64,000 nucleotides of DNA, from positions 1 through 64,000 of IMG/VR virus record IMGVR_UViG_3300028844_005216; one strand, 5' to 3'. Positions 56,859 to 64,000 of the stretch are shown here, in pieces. Both the position numbers and the translations under genes were made by a program. Within the stretch, counting starts at the first letter, position 1. Each line of letters starts with the position of its first letter. The stretch comes from a virus. The notes below the pieces were generated by a model. That model saw only the letters and a program-made list of their open reading frames with translations, was not told where the DNA came from and ran no database searches.

Positions 56859-57484
56859 CAGTAAAGATCCTTAACCTGATCACAAATACCAAACTTCTTT
56901 GCTTCTGAAGCACCAAGCCAAACATCATGAGCTGGAAGCAATACCTCCCTAATCTTCTTTTCGGTCATTCCCGTACATTTCTTATAATGAGTAAGAATCA
57001 TTTTTGCAGTCAGATCAAATGCTTTCTTTGCAGTCAAAAGCTCATGCTCCTTACCCCATTTACCCCATGAGTATTGATGAGATAGAATGGCAGTGTTTGG
57101 AGTCAATGTTCGATGACCCGTTGCTCCTGCCATAAAGATCATCAAAGCTGCACTAGACACCTCACCCAAACCAATTGTATGAACAGGAATACCAGAACCT
57201 CGCATAGTATCAATAAGCGCGAATGCATCTGTGACACTACCACCACCCGAATTTACAATGAGTGTAAGATTTTCTGGCTGAGATGGGGAAAGGTTATTTC
57301 TCAGTATCCACTCAATCACTGGTCGAACCGAATCGTTCTTAATATCATCCATCAACATGTATACGCCAGCCTTGTCCAATCCATCACCATCTCCACCAAA
57401 CAAAGCACCGAGAACATCTGTTGTCGCATTGTTAGTTAACTCCAAAGCATCTTGATTTTCATCATTTACATTTTCCATATTCAT
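56858..57484 (-). CDS. clpP: ClpP-family serine protease subunit
   Basis: LIVNSGGGSV, TIGLGEVSSAA (Ser), ILSHQ (His), HDVWL.A.EA..FGICD (Asp). Confidence 0.85.
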   Translation of the reverse strand: MNMENVNDENQDALELTNNATTDVLGALFGGDGDGLDKAGVYMLMDDIKNDSVRPVIEWILRNNLSPSQPENLTLIVNSGGGSVTDAFALIDTMRGSGIPVHTIGLGEVSSAALMIFMAGATGHRTLTPNTAILSHQYSWGKWGKEHELLTAKKAFDLTAKMILTHYKKCTGMTEKKIREVLLPAHDVWLGASEAKKFGICDQVKDLY

Positions 57485-60057
57485 TTAAAAAACCTCTCTA
57501 GTGTATTAGATTTTTCAGATTTCCATCCTATGCAATCCAACAACACTTTAACTGGGTCAAGAAATGCCTTGACAAATTGTATATCATAATCGACATATTG
57601 CTGCAAACCAAACTCGTTGGGCAAATTATTCTGAATTGAAATCACAGACTCGCCGCAAGGATTGGGTTTTTTCAGATACAAAAACTTAATTTTATCACCA
57701 TTTCCAATAAGCTGATACGCCAAATTCAAATCATGACTTTTAATTAGCCGATTGTAAATAATAGACCCCTTCACATGAATCGGAGTACCCTTTATGTATG
57801 CGTCATTATCTTCATACTTATTGATACCATTCACTCCACGCGGAAAGGCAATGTCCTCAACTGGAAGTGAATAAAACTCAGACTTGAATGACTCAATAAA
57901 CCTTTGGGCATCCTCCTCTTTACCGTTCATGATGATATCCAAAGCATCCTTAATCTTCTGCCTACAAACTTCTGGAGTAGAAGACTTGACTGCCTCAAGA
58001 CCCATAACCTTTAATTTGGGTTCACTATAACTTACCCCCTCGTTATTATAGACACTAAGAACATATCGTTTCTTGGCTGTCCACAAACCCTTGGATGCAA
58101 TGGCTTCTCGTTTCATCACCATCTTCTGATCATATGCATTCATATAATCGGCAAGCTCATCATAGCACTCATCAATATAAGGCTCTAGCTTTTCCGAACA
58201 AACCTTGTCAAGAAAATCCACCACCTTTTCTGTTTTAACTTCTCCAACTCCAGCTCCAAAAGCCAAACTAACAAGTGAATCAAGAGTAAGATATATGCTG
58301 TCGGTATCAGAAGCCACCACAAAATCTTCATCGGTCGTCCCCAAGAGAGTATTCAAATATTTATTAATTTTACTCTCTATCCAACGAATTGAAAGCTGAC
58401 CGGCTTTGGTCACAGCTTCCGCGATACGAAGATCATAGAATCTAAAGTATTGATTTCCCAAGGCACCATACGCACTATTCAACTGAACCTTACGGGCAAG
58501 CTGATCGTTATTATGCTCAGAAATCAAATTCAGATAATATTGCTTTTCCTTTCCAGTTGAATTTTCTGCCAACTTCTGACATTCGATCATCTTCCTCTTT
58601 GATGTTGATCTACTATTATATAGATCCTCTAGAATCTCAGGAAGAAACCCACGAGAGTCTCGCTTAAAAAACATAATGTTTGGAGTCACCGTAAGATCAT
58701 CCCGCTTTAAAAGTGAAGTGTCGAACTCCTTTTCAATAATTTTATCATAACTGCTAATGGTGTCCCAAGGACCACGTTTCAATGAAGCGACAAGATCATC
58801 ATTTGCCATATCCTCTGGAACCAATTTCTCTGGGCTAAGATTATATTGCATCATCAAATGAGGGTAAAGTGAATTTAGATCAAAAGACACCACCCAGTTA
58901 TGGGCTCCAACTTGAGGCTCCTTAACATAGGCACCCTCAAACTGAACAGTCTTTGTTGAATCTTTTCGCGAAGGGAACACCCTTTTGGTTTTATTGAGAT
59001 GATGATAACAAAGATTCTCCCACATTCTCACTTGAGAGAACACATCATCATAATTGACTTTTGCAGAATAGGACAAAGCAACTGCCAATTCAATCAGCTT
59101 CATCTTATCCTCTAAACGAGCAACAAGCTCAACATCCTTCACATTATATTCAATAAACTTATGATAATCCTTCTTATATAATGTATGCAAGCTGCCAAAC
59201 TCGGAATAAGAAAGTTTTTTCTCTCCCAACTCAACGTTCGCAATATAGTCTAAACGATAACTCTCTCGATTAACATATGTAAACTTTTTATAAAGCTCAA
59301 GGTAATCAAGAACACAAACCCCAGTCAAGAAGATATTAGTTTGGTCTTTACCATAAACACCCCTGAATGTTCTGGTGGTAGAATATTTCCAAGGAGAAAG
59401 CATTCGCGCCTTCTTCTCATCCCACAACCGAGTGAGACGATTGTAAAGATATGGAATATCAAAACCATTTACGTTCCACCCAGTGATAATATCAGGAGAA
59501 TACTCATTCCAAGTATGAAGGAAACTTTCCAAAAGATCACGCTCGTCATGACAGGAAACATAGATAATGTCTCTAGCCGAGAGAGTTTCTTTGATTGGAC
59601 ACCCTTCAGGTTCCCCAAATCCGAATACATAAAACGCATCATTGAACTTAACTGAAATTGAAATAACAGGTTTTGCTGCGGATTCTGGGAAAGGGAACCC
59701 ATCATCCGACTCGACCTCAATATCAATATTAGCAATCATAATCTTTTTGAAATCGTATTCAATCTTTTCAGGATATGTGTCGCCAACGAAAGTAGTATCA
59801 AACCGATCATAGCCGTAATAAGAAAAGTTAGATACGTCTTTGTATCCTTCAATAAAATTTCGAGCTTCAGCCATAGTATCAAAGTTTATAGGTGAAACGG
59901 GTATACCATCAATGGTAGTGTACTCCGTAATTTCCTTTGAAGGAGTAAATAGTGTTGGACTGTATCGAACCTTCTTAGAGAATCGTTCTCCTAGATCATC
60001 CACGCCACGAAGGAAAATATGATTTCCAACAGCTCTTACGTTTGTATAAAATGCCAT
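57481..60057 (-). CDS. gp43: Family B DNA polymerase gp43
   Basis: DIEV, TGWN..FDIPY, YN..DV, SFDLNSLYP, K..LNSAYGALGN, SDTDS, AKKRY. Confidence 0.98.
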   Translation of the reverse strand: MAFYTNVRAVGNHIFLRGVDDLGERFSKKVRYSPTLFTPSKEITEYTTIDGIPVSPINFDTMAEARNFIEGYKDVSNFSYYGYDRFDTTFVGDTYPEKIEYDFKKIMIANIDIEVESDDGFPFPESAAKPVISISVKFNDAFYVFGFGEPEGCPIKETLSARDIIYVSCHDERDLLESFLHTWNEYSPDIITGWNVNGFDIPYLYNRLTRLWDEKKARMLSPWKYSTTRTFRGVYGKDQTNIFLTGVCVLDYLELYKKFTYVNRESYRLDYIANVELGEKKLSYSEFGSLHTLYKKDYHKFIEYNVKDVELVARLEDKMKLIELAVALSYSAKVNYDDVFSQVRMWENLCYHHLNKTKRVFPSRKDSTKTVQFEGAYVKEPQVGAHNWVVSFDLNSLYPHLMMQYNLSPEKLVPEDMANDDLVASLKRGPWDTISSYDKIIEKEFDTSLLKRDDLTVTPNIMFFKRDSRGFLPEILEDLYNSRSTSKRKMIECQKLAENSTGKEKQYYLNLISEHNNDQLARKVQLNSAYGALGNQYFRFYDLRIAEAVTKAGQLSIRWIESKINKYLNTLLGTTDEDFVVASDTDSIYLTLDSLVSLAFGAGVGEVKTEKVVDFLDKVCSEKLEPYIDECYDELADYMNAYDQKMVMKREAIASKGLWTAKKRYVLSVYNNEGVSYSEPKLKVMGLEAVKSSTPEVCRQKIKDALDIIMNGKEEDAQRFIESFKSEFYSLPVEDIAFPRGVNGINKYEDNDAYIKGTPIHVKGSIIYNRLIKSHDLNLAYQLIGNGDKIKFLYLKKPNPCGESVISIQNNLPNEFGLQQYVDYDIQFVKAFLDPVKVLLDCIGWKSEKSNTLERFFK

Positions 60058-60066
60058 AATATAATC

Positions 60067-60666
60067 CTATAATTTTTCGATTTCATCTCCCAATTTACGA
60101 GTGCGAACAATTAAATCATTCACACCTTCTTCGATACCCATCAATTCCTCAAACAATTTAATAAATTCTTTTTTGGATTCAACAATTCCAGCATTGAGTT
60201 TAACAACTTCATCAGCATAAGCATACAAAGAAGATGTCCTCTGCATCACCCCCAAATCAGTTAGATTTAGAATTTCATTGTAATCAAAGACAGGGCATTC
60301 CTTATCAGAAACTTCACAATGACCGTGGAAAGTTACATCAGCAATTTTATCATCAATTTGTTCACACAAATCTTTTAACGACTCAAACTGTTCTTGAGTA
60401 AAGTCGTCTACCGCAAGACCCGAAAGACAAATTGCAATCGTTCCTGTATTGTGACCTCTCTGTGCTGCTGGAGTAATTTCAACATCCCTTCCTCGATGAA
60501 CCGTTCCGTCAAAAGTGATGTAATAGGTATAACCAATGTCACTCCAACCATTATTGAGGTGCCAGCCACGAATCACTCCAACATCGTCATGCGCTTTTAA
60601 ACTTGACGCAGAGCAGTGAATAAAAACACGATCAACTTCCCTAACGGGCTTATTAAAAATAAACAT
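60067..60666 (-). CDS. N-acetylmuramoyl-L-alanine amidase (Amidase_2, T7-lysozyme-like endolysin)
   Basis: FIHCSA, I..WH...GWSDIGY, GR, G.N...I.ICL.G, FT.EQ, HGH, K.CP.F; C-terminal coiled coil. Confidence 0.9.
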   Translation of the reverse strand: MFIFNKPVREVDRVFIHCSASSLKAHDDVGVIRGWHLNNGWSDIGYTYYITFDGTVHRGRDVEITPAAQRGHNTGTIAICLSGLAVDDFTQEQFESLKDLCEQIDDKIADVTFHGHCEVSDKECPVFDYNEILNLTDLGVMQRTSSLYAYADEVVKLNAGIVESKKEFIKLFEELMGIEEGVNDLIVRTRKLGDEIEKL

Positions 60667-60683
60667 AAAATATCTCCTAGCAT

Positions 60684-60711
60684 AAAAAAGGGGGGAGCAA
60701 AAGCTCCCCCC
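60684..60711 (-). terminator. Intrinsic terminator after hsp20
   Basis: GGGGGGAGC-TTTT-GCTCCCCCC followed by T6 on the minus strand. Confidence 0.85.
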
Positions 60712-60765
60712 AATGAACGGACGTTCTACCCGTTCAATACATGTGGACCTTCCACAAAATCATCA

Positions 60766-61215
60766 TCAGTTCCCATTATTGATTTTAATCGTGATGGGCT
60801 TTGCCTCTTCGGGGATCTCGTTCTTCAACGAAATTACGAGAAGACCATTCGTAAACTCGGCTCCAATAACCTTAACTGTGGGACTAAGTGTCCACGCACG
60901 TTTGAAATTTCGTGCTGCAATTCCTTGATGAACATACACAGCAGAATCGGCACTATGATCCTTCTCGGATTCGACGGTAAGAACATCTTCCTTCACCGCA
61001 ACCTTAATTTCGCTTTCTGTAAATCCAGCAAGGGCAATCTCAATAGCAAAGCTATCGGAATTATCATTCCTTACAATATTGTAAGGCGGGTACGATGGAG
61101 ATTGCGCTGTCGCTGCGCCTGTCGAAACAATCCGATCAAAAATTTGATCAAACCCTACAAGAAACGGATCGTTCCTAAGTTCGTTAAAAATATTAGTTGG
61201 TACTAGTCTAGTCAT
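60766..61215 (-). CDS. hsp20: Small heat shock protein Hsp20 (IbpA-like)
   Basis: GFD..F, YPPYNI, IE.ALAGF, Y.HQGIA.R.F.R..TL, A...NGLL.I.L...IPE. Confidence 0.95.
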   Translation of the reverse strand: MTRLVPTNIFNELRNDPFLVGFDQIFDRIVSTGAATAQSPSYPPYNIVRNDNSDSFAIEIALAGFTESEIKVAVKEDVLTVESEKDHSADSAVYVHQGIAARNFKRAWTLSPTVKVIGAEFTNGLLVISLKNEIPEEAKPITIKINNGN

Positions 61216-61282
61216 TCTATGTTCTCCTTAATTAAGCAAGTTATATTTAAATTAAACAAACCCAATTTGGCATTTGTTCAAC
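61213..61282 (-). promoter_or_regulatory. ROSE-like RNA thermometer in the hsp20 5' UTR
   Basis: CUUGCUU-AAUU-AAGGAG: UUGCU pairs with the SD leaving a bulged G. Upstream hairpin GAACAAA...UUUGUUU. Confidence 0.7.
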
Positions 61283-61286
61283 CCTA

Positions 61287-61315
61287 AAGATAAGCACGGA
61301 ATCCTTATCTGTCAA
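61287..61315 (-). promoter_or_regulatory. Sigma70-type promoter for hsp20
   Basis: TTGACA-17 nt-TATCTT. Confidence 0.7.
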
Positions 61316-61317
61316 CC

Positions 61318-61905
61318 CTAATCTTCAAGTTTTTTCAACTCTTCTCGAATTTCTTTCGCGTAAAGCGAAATAGCCCACTTTCCGTTATATGTCATGGGCT
61401 TTGAAACCTCTTCGTATGATTCAAAAGCAAACTTTCTCCCCTTTACGCGAGAGAAGAATTCACCCTTGGCATCACCAAAGACAGGTTTACCAACAACTAC
61501 CTTTTGACTATAATCAGGAAAAGCGTCGTCTCGTTTTGATGTTCCGTAAAGGTATCCCTTCTTTTCAAACGGAACACTCAATATACTGTCTTGATCATAA
61601 AGGCGACCCAGCTTAATCAAATCACGTTCAAGCTGACCACCATCATCGCCGTCGATCTTGTAGTTTGCGACGAAAAAGGATTCTTCGCCTACCTCTCTCT
61701 GGGTTGGCTTTTGAAAGTTTTCCCAATAACTACCCTTCACCTTAATGACCGAGTAGCCAGCATTCATTAAATACGCGAGAACCTTTTTGTTATTTGACTT
61801 ATTTTCTGCCTTGGTTTTGTCACCCCGAAAAGCAGTGACCGCACCAACAGCATGGTTCTTCGTTTTTTGATAAATTCTATTAAGACTAGCTTCTAAAAGT
61901 TCCAA
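61318..61905 (-). CDS. Hypothetical protein, possible head internal protein
   Basis: N-terminal LLE-ASL.RI; TAFR, N..L, G.Y.E, EESFFV, G..Y.QDS. Confidence 0.7.
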   Translation of the reverse strand: MELLEASLNRIYQKTKNHAVGAVTAFRGDKTKAENKSNNKKVLAYLMNAGYSVIKVKGSYWENFQKPTQREVGEESFFVANYKIDGDDGGQLERDLIKLGRLYDQDSILSVPFEKKGYLYGTSKRDDAFPDYSQKVVVGKPVFGDAKGEFFSRVKGRKFAFESYEEVSKPMTYNGKWAISLYAKEIREELKKLED

Positions 61906-61915
61906 GACGAACTCC

Positions 61916-62350
61916 TTATTTTGTTTTATTGCCTATATTGTACTTAGCAACCAAGTCCCAATTATTCTTGTCTTTGTGTGCGATAATTTTAATCTGTCCA
62001 AGAGGGACTATTGGTTCGGCACTTTTTTGTGGAGTTACCAAACTCAACAGCCCCCACTCAGCCAAGAGATTCACTATTGTGTTTCTTCTTCCAATATCAT
62101 TTTCACTAAAATTAGAAACTTTGCCATCCAAAGCGAAAAGCTCTTTGAAGTGAACGATATAATATCTTCCACGTTTATGTAGAATGTGACATGATTGAAA
62201 TAGGGTTTGGTCCTTGCGGCTCGCAATCCCAATTCTAGTAAGGGTTTCTCTTATTTTCAAAAAATCCTCATCATCATTCAATTCAATTTCAACTAACGTG
62301 TCTAAATCAACTGGAACATTTTGCGAATCACATTTTTGATCTCTTTCCAT
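61916..62350 (-). CDS. regA: Translational repressor RegA
   Basis: DFLKIRETLTRIGIASRK...L.QSCHILHK.G.YYIVHFKELF.LDG, RRN.I..LL..WGL, KY.IG. Confidence 0.97.
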   Translation of the reverse strand: MERDQKCDSQNVPVDLDTLVEIELNDDEDFLKIRETLTRIGIASRKDQTLFQSCHILHKRGRYYIVHFKELFALDGKVSNFSENDIGRRNTIVNLLAEWGLLSLVTPQKSAEPIVPLGQIKIIAHKDKNNWDLVAKYNIGNKTK

Positions 62351-62732
62351 TCTTAATCCCACCTCTCTGCAACCTTTGGTGAATAAGAGATAGTTGATTG
62401 TCAGTCAAGATACTAAGTACCTCGCGTGCCTTCATTTCACTACAAGAATAATACTCCTTGATAACATCAATGTCATCATCCTGATCAGGCTTCAACCATC
62501 TCGAAAACCGTTTCTTTTTCCTAACACTATTTAGGTAATAGTCATTCTGAAGACGGGTTTCGATGTGGGGTCGAAGGTTCATTTCGTTTGCATAAAGAAC
62601 AGTATCCTGAAAATAAGACAATGAACGATTTATCACGAATGGAGGATACTCATTTTCACTTAATGGATCATCTTCCATCAAATTTTTCTTGCTAAGGTTA
62701 ATAGCAGTTAGAAAATCCCCAAGTTTAGCCAT
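62328..62732 (-). CDS. gp62: Clamp loader small subunit gp62
   Basis: YPPFVINR.LS...D.VL.ANEMN, Y.N.VRKKKRFS.W, KEYY..S..KA, GG. Confidence 0.93.
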   Translation of the reverse strand: MAKLGDFLTAINLSKKNLMEDDPLSENEYPPFVINRSLSYFQDTVLYANEMNLRPHIETRLQNDYYLNSVRKKKRFSRWLKPDQDDDIDVIKEYYSCSEMKAREVLSILTDNQLSLIHQRLQRGGIKNGKRSKM

Positions 62733-62953
62733 TAATCGTCATCCTCGTCATCATCTGTCTTGAAAAATAAAAGACCCTCTCCACCATAACCAGAAGACAG
62801 GAACTTGTCTATAAAAAACTCAGCACCCTTTTCCTCAGAAAAAGGACCGAACACTTTAACAGCGGTTTCCAGATCTTCCTCAACAGGCTCAAAGTCTACA
62901 ATAAAAAAACCGGAAGGTCTTTTCACAATCGAATAATATTCTTCCATTATCAC
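62732..62953 (-). CDS. Hypothetical acidic protein
   Basis: Inserted between gp44 and gp62 with overlapping start and stop codons. Confidence 0.6.
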   Translation of the reverse strand: MIMEEYYSIVKRPSGFFIVDFEPVEEDLETAVKVFGPFSEEKGAEFFIDKFLSSGYGGEGLLFFKTDDDEDDD

Positions 62954-63900
62954 TTATACTCCAATTCTACCATCAGTTCAGTTAAACAAGCAACCATATT
63001 CAATTCCGCATCAGCCACAAAAGCAGCCTTATACTGATAATCAGCCAAGGTTAAAACTGCCTTCGGAACACTTTGAGGTTTCACGGAACCAAACAATCCA
63101 TCATAGATAAGACGGAAAATACGAGATGGATCAGAATCCAAATTTTGGACAACCCACTTTCTCATATCCTTCCAATTCTTTTCCTTTAGAAGTAGCATCA
63201 AATCCTTGATAGACTTGTCACTAATGTTTGTAAGAATACCAGCATCAATCTCACCTGAAACAGAATACCGCTGAAGCTCATTCAGAATTCTTCTGAAGTC
63301 AGGAAAATGCTTCATGATAAGTTCAACAAGAACCTTCTCACTATACTTAACATTCTCCTTTTCCAGAATCTCAATGGTCCTCTTCAGGAATTGAAGTGCC
63401 AGTTTTGGACTATCTTGTTTACCAAATCGAAAATCAATTACACTGCACCGACTATGAATCGGTTCAATGATTCGATTCTTGAAATTGCAAGTAAGAATAA
63501 ATCCACAGTTCTGAGAAAACTCTTCAATAAACCCACGGAGAGCAGGTTGAGTTGAAGACGGGTTTAGATAATCAGCCTCGTCGAGAATGACAATCTTTCG
63601 CTTTCCGCTGTTGGTAAAAGAAACACCAGAAGCGAAGTTGCGAATGTCATTGCGAAGAGTGTCAATGTTTCCACTTTCACTCCCATTGATGATGATATAA
63701 TCAACACCAAGTTCTTGGCATAACGCTCTTGCTACAGTAGTCTTTCCCGTTCCAGCGGAACCCGAAAACAGCAGGTTTGGGATATCCCCATTGGAAAGAA
63801 AGTCCTTAAAGGTATCCTTCAAAGATTTAGGGAGGATGCAATCATCAATCGTTTGGGGTCGATACTTCTGACACCAAACAAAATCATCACGAACGTTCAT
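62950..63900 (-). CDS. gp44: Clamp loader large subunit gp44
   Basis: W..KYRP, GSAGTGKTT, ILDEAD, Q.ALR.F.E, SRC, FPDFRR.LNELQ. Confidence 0.97.
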   Translation of the reverse strand: MNVRDDFVWCQKYRPQTIDDCILPKSLKDTFKDFLSNGDIPNLLFSGSAGTGKTTVARALCQELGVDYIIINGSESGNIDTLRNDIRNFASGVSFTNSGKRKIVILDEADYLNPSSTQPALRGFIEEFSQNCGFILTCNFKNRIIEPIHSRCSVIDFRFGKQDSPKLALQFLKRTIEILEKENVKYSEKVLVELIMKHFPDFRRILNELQRYSVSGEIDAGILTNISDKSIKDLMLLLKEKNWKDMRKWVVQNLDSDPSRIFRLIYDGLFGSVKPQSVPKAVLTLADYQYKAAFVADAELNMVACLTELMVELEYK

Positions 63901-63911
63901 AATACATTCCC

Positions 63912-64000
63912 TTATTCAGACACCACAGAATAGTTTATTTGTGGTGCGATGAAGTATTCCAAATCAAGATTCTTATTAAAGAAGTGACACACTCCAGTAC
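63912..64000 (-). CDS. gp45: Sliding clamp gp45, C-terminal fragment
   Basis: TGVCHFFNKNLDLEYFIAPQINYSVVSE*; located directly upstream of gp44. Confidence 0.75.
   Translation of the reverse strand, partial: TGVCHFFNKNLDLEYFIAPQINYSVVSE

Noticed and set aside
43261-60057. Introns or inteins in RNR, helicase, UvsX or DNA polymerase
   Set aside because: All are contiguous and of normal length, with no intein or homing-endonuclease motifs noticed.
60616-61206. 196-aa plus-strand ORF
   Set aside because: Antisense to hsp20 and spans its terminator.
1-64000. Alternative genetic code (stop-codon reassignment)
   Set aside because: Core genes translate full length in code 11 and end at TAA, TAG or TGA with tight packing.

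Overview
A 64 kb segment of a large T4-like (Tevenvirinae/Kyanoviridae-style) myophage genome. Spanin-like genes suggest a Gram-negative host. Left to right: a baseplate/tail module (DUF4815-like protein, gp8, gp7, gp6, gp25, gp5, gp27-like, gp53, gp48, then divergently gp4, gp2, gp54, gp26, gp51, tape measure) driven from TATAAATA late promoters; gp32, gp59, gp33, a SleB-like hydrolase, an exonuclease and small Zn-ribbon genes; a structured non-coding stretch; RNase H and a DenV-like gene; a 12-gene sugar-modification island; RuvC-like, class II RNR, ThyX and primase; a holin/spanin cassette; a late block of putative head-packaged proteins; and the replication core (gp41, UvsX, glutaredoxin, ClpP, gp43, amidase, Hsp20, RegA, gp62, gp44, gp45 end). 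The most notable observations are: (1) a late operon of nuclease-like, KxDG ligase-like and HIGH-nucleotidyltransferase genes, several with T4 capsid-targeting or gp21-cleavage-like sequences; (2) a U_UUU_UUU slippery site that would fuse gp26 to gp51 just upstream of the tape measure, as in lambda G/GT; (3) several cis-acting or non-coding RNA structures (ROSE thermometer on hsp20, a terminator/pseudoknot before an HTH gene, a three-way junction plus rod RNA); (4) a glycosylation island and a PEP-CTERM-like protein. All assignments come from motif recognition and synteny by eye; no searches were run.
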